Below, piece after piece: positions 36,921-46,249 of a DNA stretch of 48,435 bases (its first letter is position 1; the number at the start of each line of letters is the position of its first letter). Under the pieces are notes generated by a model. That model saw nothing but the letters and a program-made list of their open reading frames with translations, searched no databases and was not told the origin of the DNA. Both the position numbers and the translations under genes were made by a program. Origin of the DNA: Myxococcota bacterium (GTDB lineage Bacteria; Myxococcota_A; UBA9160; UBA4427); the NCBI GenBank assembly GCA_036336835.1, contig JAYZFK010000049.1, forward strand, positions 1 through 48,435, read 5' to 3'.

Positions 36921-38810
36921 GTGATCCGCGTCCGCATCCATTGGGCCGGCCTCGTGCTGGCGGCGCTCCTGGTTGCGAGTGTCGCACCCGCGTCGGATCG
37001 TACGGATCCCTGGCTCGGGGAGGCGCTCTACTACGCCTATCAGGACCGCTACTTCGAGGCGATCGAGCGCCTGGATGCAGAGATCGCGCAGCATTACCGT
37101 GTCGACGAGCGCGAGCTGGACTCGCTCCATCCTTTCATCGGCCACGCCGAGTTCTCCGTCGGCGACTTCGAGCTCTACTACCGGATGCACCACCGCGCAG
37201 GGCGGGCCATCACGGCCGTCCTCGAGGCGGACGTCGACGATGCCGTGCGCAACGAAGCCGCGTATCGGCTCGCGCGGATTCACTTCCAGAAGGATCAGTC
37301 CGAGGCGGCCCTGCGCGTCCTCGACGGTATGCGCGGTCGCGTCCCCGAGGCGATCCGCGGCGATGTCGCGTTCCTGCGCGCCAATCTGTACCTGGCGACC
37401 GGCCGTCCCTCCGAGGCGATCGACGTGCTGCGGCCGCTGCAGGGATCACGGTCGCTCGAGGGGTTCTCGGCATACAACCTGGGCATCGCGCTGCTGGAGG
37501 ACGGTCGCCAGGAGGCGGCCCTCGCGCAGCTCGAGCGCTCGGGACGACTGAAGGCGAGTGAGTCGGCCGCGTTGGCGATTCGCGACAAGTCGAATCTGGT
37601 GCTCGGCACGCTGCGCTTCGAGTCGGCCGAGTTCGACGCCGCGCAGCGCTCGCTCGATCGCGTGCGCCTCGCGGGACCGTTCTCGAACCAGGCCTTGCTG
37701 CGCGCCGGCTGGGCGGACGCTTCGGCAGAGAACTTCGAGCGCGCGCTCGTGCCGTGGGACCTGCTTGCCAAACGCGACTCGACCGACATCGCCGTTCAGG
37801 AAGCCTGGCTGGCCCTCCCGTACGCCTACAGCCAGCTCGACGTCCACGGCCGGGCGGCGCTGCTGTACGGACAGGCCGTCGAGTCTTTGGACGGCGAGCT
37901 CGACAAGGTCGACGCCTCGATTGCAAACATTCGCGACGGCGAGTTCCTGAAGGCACTGGTCCGCGAAGAGATCCGTCAGGACGTGGACTGGGTGATCCGG
38001 CTGCGCAACCTGCCGAACGCTCCGGAGACCTTCTACCTGACGGCGCTGATGGCTTCGCACGACTTCCAGACGGCGCTTCAGAACTATCTCGATCTCGAGG
38101 ATCTGCGCCGCAAGCTCGCCGCGTGGCGGGGCAGCCTCGCCGCCTTCGAGGACCTGGTTGCGCGGCGCCGGCAGTACTACGAGCCGGAGCTGCCTGCCAT
38201 GGATCGTCGTTTCCGCGAGCTCGACGCGCAGATGCGCCTGCGCCTCGAGCAGCGCAAGCATCTCGACGCGCAGCTGCAGAAGCTGCTGGTCGCGCCGCGT
38301 CCCGAGCTGCTGGCCACGACCGACGAGCAGGCATTGGCGGCGCGTCTCTCGGCGCTCGAAGCCAGGGTCCCGGCCCCGGCTGAGGACGGCAAAGGCGCCG
38401 CGGCCGAGCGGGAGCGGATCGATCGTCTGCGCGGCGCGCTCACCTGGACACTCGCGACGGAATACCCGCAGCGGCTGACCGACGCTCACCGCCACCTGCG
38501 CGAGCTGAACACCGATGTCCTTGCGCTGACGGCGCAGTACGACGGCTTCGTTCGCGCGCGGCAGGCGGCCGCCCACAGCTACGTCGGCTACGACGGCCGG
38601 GTTCGCGGACTGCGCGCGCGCATTGGCGAGGCACTCGAGCGTGTCGGGCACTTGATGGCGCGTCAGGGCCACCGGCTCGAGGTCGTCGCGATCGACGAGC
38701 TCGTGGCGCGACGCGATCTGCTCGAGACCTATCAGAACCGGGCGCGCTTTGCCTTCGCCGACAGCTATGACCGTGCGGCCAAGGTGCAGGCCCAGGCACA
38801 GGTGCAGTGA
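36921..38810 (+). CDS. Secreted TPR-repeat / coiled-coil protein
   Basis: Signal peptide, TPR-like helices (AAYRLARIHFQ, AYNLGIALL, ALLRAGWA), helical C-terminal half. Confidence 0.85.
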   Translation: MIRVRIHWAGLVLAALLVASVAPASDRTDPWLGEALYYAYQDRYFEAIERLDAEIAQHYRVDERELDSLHPFIGHAEFSVGDFELYYRMHHRAGRAITAVLEADVDDAVRNEAAYRLARIHFQKDQSEAALRVLDGMRGRVPEAIRGDVAFLRANLYLATGRPSEAIDVLRPLQGSRSLEGFSAYNLGIALLEDGRQEAALAQLERSGRLKASESAALAIRDKSNLVLGTLRFESAEFDAAQRSLDRVRLAGPFSNQALLRAGWADASAENFERALVPWDLLAKRDSTDIAVQEAWLALPYAYSQLDVHGRAALLYGQAVESLDGELDKVDASIANIRDGEFLKALVREEIRQDVDWVIRLRNLPNAPETFYLTALMASHDFQTALQNYLDLEDLRRKLAAWRGSLAAFEDLVARRRQYYEPELPAMDRRFRELDAQMRLRLEQRKHLDAQLQKLLVAPRPELLATTDEQALAARLSALEARVPAPAEDGKGAAAERERIDRLRGALTWTLATEYPQRLTDAHRHLRELNTDVLALTAQYDGFVRARQAAAHSYVGYDGRVRGLRARIGEALERVGHLMARQGHRLEVVAIDELVARRDLLETYQNRARFAFADSYDRAAKVQAQAQVQ

Positions 38811-38811
38811 G

Positions 38812-41800
38812 ATGCGGAAAACGATGCATCACACTCGTACAGCCCTCGTGCTGGCTAGCGCTCTGGTCGCCGCCTGCGCCAATCCGGACAAGCGCACGCT
38901 CGCCGAGCTGCATCGCGTCGAGGCCGACACGAGCGAGATCCAGGTCGTGAACGGTCTCGACCGGGCAATGAGCGGGTACCGCCGCTTCCTCGAGGAGGCG
39001 CCCGAGTCGGCGCTCACGCCCGAGGCGATGCGGCGTCTGGCGGATCTGAATCTCGAGAAGGAGTTCGGAATCCTGGGCGGCGAGCCGGCCGCAGCGGTGC
39101 AGCCGCCCGCCGAGCTGGCTTCGCTGGAGGAGTCCGAGCAGGGGCCGGCCGCGATCTCACCCTTCGTGCTCGATGACGCCCTGGCGTTCGCGCTGCCCGA
39201 CGGCCGGGATGTGTCGGAGGCGGGACCGCTCGAGGCAATCGAGCTCTACGACCGGATCCTCGCGACCTATCCGTACTACGAGCACAACGATCGCGTGCTC
39301 TACCAGAAGGCGCGTGCGTATGACGAGCTCGGGCGCCCAGACGAGGCAATCGCCGTGGCGGCCCAGCTGATTGCGGCCTACCCGCACTCGCGCCACATCG
39401 ACGAGGTGCAGTTTCGCCGCGCCGAGTACTTCTTCACGCGACGCCGCTATTTCGACGCCGAGGAGGCCTACGCCGCGATCGCGGCGCGTGGCGCGATCTC
39501 GGACTTCTATGAGCTCGCGCTCTACAAGCTGGGCTGGACGCTCTACAAGCAGGAGCTCCATGAGGAGGCGCTGGACCAGTACGTCGCGCTGCTCGACCAC
39601 AAGGTCTCGACCGGATACGACTTCGATCAGTCCGAGGACGAGGACGCCAGCCGGCGGATCACGGACACGTTCCGCGTGGTCAGCCTGAGCTTCTCGAGCA
39701 TCGGAGGCCCCGAGGTGGTCGAGGCGTACTTCACGGCGAACGGCCCCCGTCTCTACGAAGACCGCGTCTATCGCCAGCTTGGCGAGTTCTACCTGGACAA
39801 GCTCCGCTACCAGGACGCCGCGAGTTCGTACGAGGCGTTCGTCGCGCTCCATCCGGAGCACCGTTCCGCGCCGCACTTCGGGATGCGGGTGGTCGAGATC
39901 TACGAGGCGGGTGGCTTCCCGCTGCTGGTGCTGTCCTCCAAGAAGGCGTTCGCAGCGAGCTACGGGCTCGGGGCGGATTACTGGGAGCACGTCCCGATCG
40001 AGGAGGCGCCCGAGGTCCTCGCCTACCTGAAGGGCAATCTCCGAGACCTCGCGAACCACTACCACGCCGCCTATCAGGACCCGGCCCAGGCGGAGCAGAA
40101 GTCGGTGAGCTTCGGCGAGGCGGAGCACTGGTACCGCGGCTTCCTGACCTCGTTCCCCGAGGACGGCGAGGCGCCGGTCATCCACCAGCAGCTCGCCGAC
40201 CTGCTGCTCGAGAACGAGGACTTCGGCCAGGCGGCGCGCGAGTACGAGCACACCGCGTACCACTATCCCGCGCACGATCAGGCGGCCGACGCCGGCTACG
40301 CGGCGATCTACGCGCATCGCTCTCACCAGGAGCACGTCTCCGACGAGGAGCACGAGGGCGTTCGCCAGGCCGCCGTGGCGAGCACGCTGCGATTCGTGGC
40401 GGCCTTCCCGGCGCACCAGCACGCGGCCTCCGTCCTGGGCGCGGCGGTCGACGACCTCTTCGAAATGGCGCAGTTCGAGCCCGCGATCGACACGGGCCGC
40501 CGGCTCCTGGACGCGTACCCCGAGGCCGACCCGGCGATCCGGCGATCTGCGTGGCTGGCGATCGGGCACTCGGCCTTCGAGCTCGACGACTACCCGCAGG
40601 CCGAGAACGCGTATACGCGCGTGCTCGAGATGACGGCGGGCGATGACGAGTCGCGCCCGGCCGTGGTCGAGAACCTGGCCGCGTCGATCTACCAGCAGGG
40701 CGAGCAGGCGAGCGAGGCGGAGGATCACCGATCCGCTGCCGACCACTTCCTGCGCATCGCAGAGCTCGCTCCCGGGTCGACGATCCGGGCCTCGGCCGTG
40801 TACGACGCCGGTGCGGCGTTGATCCATCTCGAGGACTGGGACGCGGCGGTCGAGGTGCTCAACGGGTTCCGCGAGGCGCATCCCGACCACGCGCTCCACG
40901 GGGAGGCCACCAAGCAGCTCGCGCAGGTCTACCGCAAGCAGGGCGATCTCGAGCGCGCCGCGGTCGAGTACGAGCGCATCGCAGCCGAGGCCGACGACGA
41001 GGAGCAACGGCGCGAGGCGCTGCTGGCGGCGGGTGAGCTGTACGAGGATGCCGGCGTTCCCGAGCGCGCGATCACCGTCTACCTCGGATACGTCGAGCGT
41101 TATCCCGCGCCGCTCGAGCTCGCTGTCGAGACGCGCTTCAAGATCGCGACCCTCCGTGACGCGACGGGCGACCGGGCGAGCCAGCGCGAGCAGCTTCGTC
41201 GGATCGTCGAGCTCGACCGCACGGCGGACGCCGAGCGCACCCCGCGCATCCGCTATCTCGCGGCCCGCTCCTCGCTGGTGCTGACCGAAGTCCTCTACGA
41301 CCGCTTCGCCGAGATCGAGCTCGCGCAGCCCTTCGAGGCGAGTCTCGCGCAGAAGCAGCAGCGCATGGACGCGGCGCTCGCCGGCTTCGGCGAGCTGGTC
41401 GACTACGAGGTCGGCGAGGTGACCGCGGCCGCTACGTACTACATGGCGGAGATCTACCGCGAGTTCAGCAGATCGCTGCTCGAGTCGGAGCGGCCGGTGG
41501 ACCTGTCGAAGGCCGAGCTGCTCGACTACGAGGGCGTCCTCGAGGAGGAGGCGTTCCCGTTCGAGGAGAAGGCGATCGCGGTCCACGAGAAGAACCTGGA
41601 GCTGGCGCGGGCGGACGTCTACAACCGCTGGATCGAGAAGAGCCTGGCGGAGCTCGCCGAGCTGATGCCCGGACGCTATGCGAAGTTCGAGGCGAGCAGC
41701 GGGCCGATCCACTCGCTGAACCGTTATGCCTACCAGGCTCCGACGGCCGTCCTCGCGGCCGAGCCGACGGGCGGGACAGTAGTCCCGCTCGATCCGGCGG

Positions 41801-41877
41801 CGGCCGAATTCCAATCCGAACCCGACGGGGAGGCGGCGCCCGAAGCGCAGCCACCCGCGCAACCAGCGCCGAGCTGA
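38812..41877 (+). CDS. Large TPR lipoprotein, GltD/AgmU-like
   Basis: Lipobox LVAAC, about 1020 aa of TPR repeats (VQFRRAEYFF, ALYKLGWTLYK), C-terminal LEEEAFPFEEKAI. Position in the operon fits. Confidence 0.8.
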   Translation: MRKTMHHTRTALVLASALVAACANPDKRTLAELHRVEADTSEIQVVNGLDRAMSGYRRFLEEAPESALTPEAMRRLADLNLEKEFGILGGEPAAAVQPPAELASLEESEQGPAAISPFVLDDALAFALPDGRDVSEAGPLEAIELYDRILATYPYYEHNDRVLYQKARAYDELGRPDEAIAVAAQLIAAYPHSRHIDEVQFRRAEYFFTRRRYFDAEEAYAAIAARGAISDFYELALYKLGWTLYKQELHEEALDQYVALLDHKVSTGYDFDQSEDEDASRRITDTFRVVSLSFSSIGGPEVVEAYFTANGPRLYEDRVYRQLGEFYLDKLRYQDAASSYEAFVALHPEHRSAPHFGMRVVEIYEAGGFPLLVLSSKKAFAASYGLGADYWEHVPIEEAPEVLAYLKGNLRDLANHYHAAYQDPAQAEQKSVSFGEAEHWYRGFLTSFPEDGEAPVIHQQLADLLLENEDFGQAAREYEHTAYHYPAHDQAADAGYAAIYAHRSHQEHVSDEEHEGVRQAAVASTLRFVAAFPAHQHAASVLGAAVDDLFEMAQFEPAIDTGRRLLDAYPEADPAIRRSAWLAIGHSAFELDDYPQAENAYTRVLEMTAGDDESRPAVVENLAASIYQQGEQASEAEDHRSAADHFLRIAELAPGSTIRASAVYDAGAALIHLEDWDAAVEVLNGFREAHPDHALHGEATKQLAQVYRKQGDLERAAVEYERIAAEADDEEQRREALLAAGELYEDAGVPERAITVYLGYVERYPAPLELAVETRFKIATLRDATGDRASQREQLRRIVELDRTADAERTPRIRYLAARSSLVLTEVLYDRFAEIELAQPFEASLAQKQQRMDAALAGFGELVDYEVGEVTAAATYYMAEIYREFSRSLLESERPVDLSKAELLDYEGVLEEEAFPFEEKAIAVHEKNLELARADVYNRWIEKSLAELAELMPGRYAKFEASSGPIHSLNRYAYQAPTAVLAAEPTGGTVVPLDPAAAEFQSEPDGEAAPEAQPPAQPAPS

Positions 41878-41880
41878 GCC

Positions 41881-42543
41881 ATGACACCCCCCCCCACACA
41901 TCTCGCCATCCCGCCCCGAGTACGCACCCGGCCCGTCTGGCTGGCGATCGGGCTGCTCTGCATCCTGGCGTGCACGAGCCCGAACGCACCGATCCCGTCC
42001 GAGATCGAGAGGACGACCGACGGAGGCTTCACGATCACGCAGCCTGTCCGGGTCGGTGTCGGCGTCCGGCGCGATTTCGATGCCGGCCTGCGCCTGCTCG
42101 AGCAGGGCGAATTCGAGAGCGCCGTCGAGCGGCTGCTCGAGGTCACCGAGGCGGTGCCGAACGTCGCCGCAGCGCACATCGATCTCGGCATCGCGTACGG
42201 GCAGCTCGAGGACTGGGAGCGCGCCGAGGCCAGCCTGCGCCGCGCACTGGAGCTGAGCCCGCGCCACCCCGTTGCGCACAACGAGCTCGGGATGGCGCTG
42301 CGCCACCAGGGTCGTTTCGATGAAGCCCGCGCGAGCTACCACGCAGCGCTCGACGTGGCCTCCGGATTCCATTTCGCCCGTCTCAATCTGGCGATCCTCT
42401 GCGATCTCTTCCTCGACGACGCGCGCTGCGCGATCGAGCACTACGAACGCTATGCAGAAGCGGTTCCCGAAGACGAAACGGTCGTCATGTGGATCGCCGA
42501 TCTGCGCAACCGCACCGGTCAGCCGGCGGCAGGGACGAGGTAG
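41881..42543 (+). CDS. TPR lipoprotein, GltE/AglT-like
   Basis: Lipobox-like ILAC and tandem TPRs ([26 protein letters not shown]). Confidence 0.8.
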   Translation: MTPPPTHLAIPPRVRTRPVWLAIGLLCILACTSPNAPIPSEIERTTDGGFTITQPVRVGVGVRRDFDAGLRLLEQGEFESAVERLLEVTEAVPNVAAAHIDLGIAYGQLEDWERAEASLRRALELSPRHPVAHNELGMALRHQGRFDEARASYHAALDVASGFHFARLNLAILCDLFLDDARCAIEHYERYAEAVPEDETVVMWIADLRNRTGQPAAGTR

Positions 42544-42550
42544 GGACGAG

Positions 42551-42853
42551 ATGATTCGAACCCTGATCTGCGTTCTGACGTTGCTGCTCGCCGGATCGGT
42601 CGCCTACGGCGACGTACCCGGCAAGGACGGCGGCAAGCTGCTGTCGGGCATGTCGATTGTCGGCAACGACGAGGTGCCGAAGTCGCTCGTGATCGTTCCG
42701 TGGAAGAGCTCGGAGCTCGGGGACACGCTCGCGGTGTCTCGGGCGCTCGACGACGGACGTCGGCCCGTCGATCGCGAGGTATTCGAACGGGCTCTCGGCT
42801 ACTACGCAATTCGATCCGCTTCAGATCAAGGGCGAAGCCCGGCTGAGCGATAG
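42551..42853 (+). CDS. Small secreted protein, GltF/CglF-like
   Basis: C-terminal part of track ORF 42272..42853. Signal peptide, then MSIVGNDEVPKSLVIVPW. Lies between the TPR and motor genes. Confidence 0.7.
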   Translation: MIRTLICVLTLLLAGSVAYGDVPGKDGGKLLSGMSIVGNDEVPKSLVIVPWKSSELGDTLAVSRALDDGRRPVDREVFERALGYYAIRSASDQGRSPAER

Positions 42854-42915
42854 GAATCCTTTCTAGTCCCCCTCTGTTCCAATTGCACAACGACTGTGCT
42901 CAGGAGAATGAAATC

Positions 42916-43572
42916 ATGGATCTGCTCTACTCGATCGTCGGGTTCTTCGTAACGGGAGGACCGTTCATGTACCCGATCTTGATCGTCTTCGCGGTGGGCG
43001 CCGCGATCGCGATCGAGCGCTACGTCACGCTCACACGTGTGACTGCCAAGAACCAGGACGCCTGGGGCCGGGTCCAGCCGGCACTGATGAACGGCAACTT
43101 CGACGAGGCGCGCGAGATGACGAGCAAGGACGACTCGACCATCTCTCAGCTCCTCGAGATGGGGCTCTCGCGGCAGGGCGCGGTGCGTCGCCGCGACGAC
43201 ATCGAGATCGCGATGGAAGAGGGAATGATGGAGATCATCCCCCAGCTCGAGAAGCGCACGCCATACGTCGCGCTGGCTTCGAGCATCGCGACCCTGCTCG
43301 GGCTGCTCGGCACGATCATGGGCCTGATCTCAGCGTTCACCGCGGTTGCCAATGCGAACCCGGCCGAGAAGGCCGACTTGCTGTCGGCGAGCATCTCGGT
43401 GGCGATGAACACGACCGCATTCGGGCTGATGGTGGCGATTCCGCTGCTGGTCACGAGCTCGGTGCTGACCGCCAAGACGAGCCAGATCGTGGACAGCCTC
43501 GAGATGGCCTCGGTCAAGGTCCTCAACGTGATCTCGTCCAGGGCGCGGCGCCAGGTCGAGGTCGAGGCTTAG
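42916..43572 (+). CDS. MotA/TolQ/ExbB proton-channel family protein (AglR-like)
   Basis: GGPFMYPI, ATLLGLLGTIMGLI, AMNTTAFGLMVAIP. AGGAG RBS. Confidence 0.93.
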   Translation: MDLLYSIVGFFVTGGPFMYPILIVFAVGAAIAIERYVTLTRVTAKNQDAWGRVQPALMNGNFDEAREMTSKDDSTISQLLEMGLSRQGAVRRRDDIEIAMEEGMMEIIPQLEKRTPYVALASSIATLLGLLGTIMGLISAFTAVANANPAEKADLLSASISVAMNTTAFGLMVAIPLLVTSSVLTAKTSQIVDSLEMASVKVLNVISSRARRQVEVEA

Positions 43573-43576
43573 TCGC

Positions 43577-44068
43577 ATGCGGCGACGACACCACTACCGC
43601 AGACGCGGAGCCGAGCAGGCCGAGCTCGACATGACCACCTTCCTCAACCTGATGGTGGTACTCGTGCCGTTCCTGCTGATTACCGCCGTCTTCTCGCGCA
43701 TCACGGTCGTCGAGCTGAGCCTGCCGACTGCGGCGGGCGGCGCTGCGTCGGTCGAGTCCAGCGTGCGCGTCGAGGTCATCGTCCGCAGCGATGGGCTCGA
43801 GCTCGCCGAAGGGAACTCCATGCTCGCGCGGATCCCGAAGGTGAACGGCAGCTACGACCTCGACACACTGTCCGAGCACGTGGTCGCGCTCAAGCGACAG
43901 CACCCGGGGCACGATGATGCTTCGGTCCTGCTCGAGCCCGACATCGAGTACGACCACCTGATCCAGGTAATGGACGTCGTGCGGAGCGCTGAGCTGCCCG
44001 GCGAAGGAGAGTCCGAGTTCACGCGCATGGCGCTGTTCACGGACATCTCGATCGGAGACGCACCGTGA
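43577..44068 (+). CDS. ExbD/TolR family protein 1 (TM Asp replaced by Asn)
   Basis: ELDMTTFLNLMVVLVPFLL single TM segment, C-terminal YDHLIQVMDVVR. Confidence 0.9.
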   Translation: MRRRHHYRRRGAEQAELDMTTFLNLMVVLVPFLLITAVFSRITVVELSLPTAAGGAASVESSVRVEVIVRSDGLELAEGNSMLARIPKVNGSYDLDTLSEHVVALKRQHPGHDDASVLLEPDIEYDHLIQVMDVVRSAELPGEGESEFTRMALFTDISIGDAP

Positions 44069-44595
44069 AGAATTCGCGACGCATGAAGCGGATGTCGCGC
44101 AACCGCCAGGTGATCACGCGCATGAACCTCACGTCGCTGATGGACGTGTTCACGATCCTCGTGTTCTTCCTGCTCGTGAACTCGGCCTCGACCGAAGTCC
44201 TCGAGACGCCCAAGCAGATCAAGCTGCCGGCTTCGGTGGTGGAGGAGAAGCCGCGCGAGACGGTGGTGATCTTCATCAGCCCGGAAGAGGTCACCGTACA
44301 GGGCAAAGCCGTGGCTCGGACCGAGGACATCCTCGCGATGGCTGGACAGAACGTGGTGGCGATCGGCGAGCGTCTGACTGAGGTAAGCGAGAGCATCATC
44401 GGTCTGCGCACCGAGATCGTGGCGGAGAGCCAGGAGGTCACGATCCTCGCCGACCGAACGGTTCCGTTTCGCGTCGTGAAGAAGGTGATGTCGACTTGCA
44501 CCAGCCGGGGATACGGCCGCATCTCGCTGGCCGTGCTGCAGAAGGCGTCGCAGACCGCCCACCGGACCGGGACTCAGGCGCCCAGCGCGTCGTAG
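44065..44595 (+). CDS. ExbD/TolR family protein 2 (AglS-like)
   Basis: MNLTSLMDVFTILVFFLL, ILADRTVPFRVVKKVMST. GTGA overlap with the previous gene. Confidence 0.9.
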   Translation: MKNSRRMKRMSRNRQVITRMNLTSLMDVFTILVFFLLVNSASTEVLETPKQIKLPASVVEEKPRETVVIFISPEEVTVQGKAVARTEDILAMAGQNVVAIGERLTEVSESIIGLRTEIVAESQEVTILADRTVPFRVVKKVMSTCTSRGYGRISLAVLQKASQTAHRTGTQAPSAS

Positions 44596-44609
44596 GAACA
44601 GGTGAACCC

Positions 44610-45977
44610 GTGAACACCGCCGATCCCAAGAACGAAGCTGCGCTCCGCGCACAGCTCGAGCAATCGCAAGAGTGCCTCGATAAGCACACCGGCGAGCTGC
44701 GAGCGATCGAGGCCGAGCTCGAGGAGCTCGCGGTCGATCGCCAGCAGTATGCGCTGCTGCAAGAGGCGTGTGGCGCGCTCGAGAAGCTCGACGAGCAGGA
44801 CGCCGCCAGCCTGTTCTGGCGCGAGATCGCCGCCGTGGACAACGGGCGAGCGCACCTGCGCACCGTGCGCGAGCGTGTCGATGCATTCCAGCGCCAGCTG
44901 GGCGAGATCGAGGCCGGCCGGCAGGCGGTGCTCGCGAAGATCGTGCGCGAGGAGGAGAACGGTGAGTTCCTCGAAGAGGATCTCTACGAGCTGAAGCGCG
45001 CGGAAGAGGAGCGCAAGCGCGAGTGGATCGTCGAGCGCGAGATGAGCTCGCAGCCGGCGCGTCCGTCCGTCATGCCGTGGAACCGCGGTGGCGAAGAGGA
45101 TCAGCGTTTCCGCCGCGTGCTGTTGCAGGCGCTGCTGGTCAGCCTGCTGCTCGGCGTGGTGTTTCCGTGGATTCCGCTGCCGGTGCTGGATCGCTGGGAG
45201 GTGATCGAGGTGCCCGAACGGCTGACGCGCCTGATTCGCGAGGAGCGAACGGTGACGCCGCCCCCGGTGCGCGAGCTGAGGCAGGAGGAGCCCAAGCCGG
45301 TCGAGGAGACGCCGTTGCTCGCCGAGCAGGGGTCGCCCGAGCCGGCCGTGAAGCAGAAGCCGAAGCCCGGAGCCGGCTCGAAGGGCATCCTCGCGTTCCG
45401 CAAGCAGTTCTCGAGTCTCCCGGACAACGGAGCTGCGGCGCGCCTCGGCTCGCAGGCGCGCATCACGCGCTCGGGTGAGGCCGCGAGCGGCCGGCCGACG
45501 CGCTCGCTCGTCACCACGCAGGGGCCGGGCTCGAGCGGCGGCATCGATCTCGCGTCGCTCAGTCGCGACGTCGGCGGCGGCGGTGGCGAGGGGATCGAGG
45601 GCGTGCAGGTCACACGGGCCACCAGCGCGATCGGCGCGATCGGGGGCGGAACCGGCCGACCGCTGAGCGGCGGTCCCGGCTCGGCGCGCACCGACGAGGA
45701 GATCCAGATCGTCTTCGACCGGCACAAGTCGGCGCTCTACCGGCTCTACAACCGCGAGCTGCGCCGCGACCCGACGCTGCAGGGGCAGATGCTCCTGCGC
45801 ATGACGATCGAGTCCGATGGCAGCGTCTCGATGTGCGCCCTGCAGAGCTCGGACATGAAAGCACCGGCGCTCGCCAGCCAGATCGTCGAGCGCGTGAAGA
45901 CCTTCGACTTCGGGGCCAAGGATGGGATCCCCGCGATCACGATCCTCTACCCGATCGATTTCCTGCCCGCGACCTGA
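44610..45977 (+). CDS. TonB-like energy transducer with AgmX/PglI C-terminal domain (GltG-like)
   Basis: Coiled-coil N-terminus, one TM segment (VLLQALLVSLLLGVVFPWI), Pro/Glu and Gly-rich linker, C-terminal YNRELRRDPTLQG...TIESDGSV...YPIDF. Confidence 0.85.
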   Translation: MNTADPKNEAALRAQLEQSQECLDKHTGELRAIEAELEELAVDRQQYALLQEACGALEKLDEQDAASLFWREIAAVDNGRAHLRTVRERVDAFQRQLGEIEAGRQAVLAKIVREEENGEFLEEDLYELKRAEEERKREWIVEREMSSQPARPSVMPWNRGGEEDQRFRRVLLQALLVSLLLGVVFPWIPLPVLDRWEVIEVPERLTRLIREERTVTPPPVRELRQEEPKPVEETPLLAEQGSPEPAVKQKPKPGAGSKGILAFRKQFSSLPDNGAAARLGSQARITRSGEAASGRPTRSLVTTQGPGSSGGIDLASLSRDVGGGGGEGIEGVQVTRATSAIGAIGGGTGRPLSGGPGSARTDEEIQIVFDRHKSALYRLYNRELRRDPTLQGQMLLRMTIESDGSVSMCALQSSDMKAPALASQIVERVKTFDFGAKDGIPAITILYPIDFLPAT

Positions 45978-46078
45978 GCGCGGGGCGGGAACGTCGAACG
46001 GAGTCCACCATCGATCGCAGGAGGAGCATCGACCGACTGAGCACGACTCACTGACCGAACGAGCCACTGACGCTCGAT

Positions 46079-46174
46079 GATTCAGACAAAGGCAAAGCCA
46101 CCGAAAGGCGGCGACGCAAAGTCACCGGTCTAACGAGCCTTCGGGCTCCACGACAGCGGGACCGCCAACGAATC
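46079..46174 (+). promoter_or_regulatory. c-di-GMP-I (GEMM-I) riboswitch
   Basis: GGCAAA-GCCACC-GAAA-GGCGGC-GACGCAAA-GTCACCGGTCTAA...GACAGCGGGACCGCC follows the consensus. P1 GATTC/GAATC, GAAA tetraloop, UUCG-capped P3 tip. Ends 75 nt upstream of a CDS. Confidence 0.9.
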
Positions 46175-46249
46175 GAGGCCCGGTCCCCTGGGCTCCCTCG
46201 TTCCGTCCGGCGTTTCCGATCGACCTTACGGGTAGAACGAGAGATTCGG

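Noticed and set aside
39157..42441. 1094-aa minus-strand ORF
   Set aside because: Antisense shadow of the TPR genes, with no motif support.
42916..45977. Calling these genes canonical exbB-exbD-tonB or tolQRA
   Set aside because: Two dissimilar ExbD-like genes, an AgmX/PglI-type C-domain, TPR partners and no receptor or tolB/pal fit the Agl-Glt-like family better.
46079..46174. c-AMP-GMP-specific (GEMM-Ib) variant
   Set aside because: The specificity position is G, not A.
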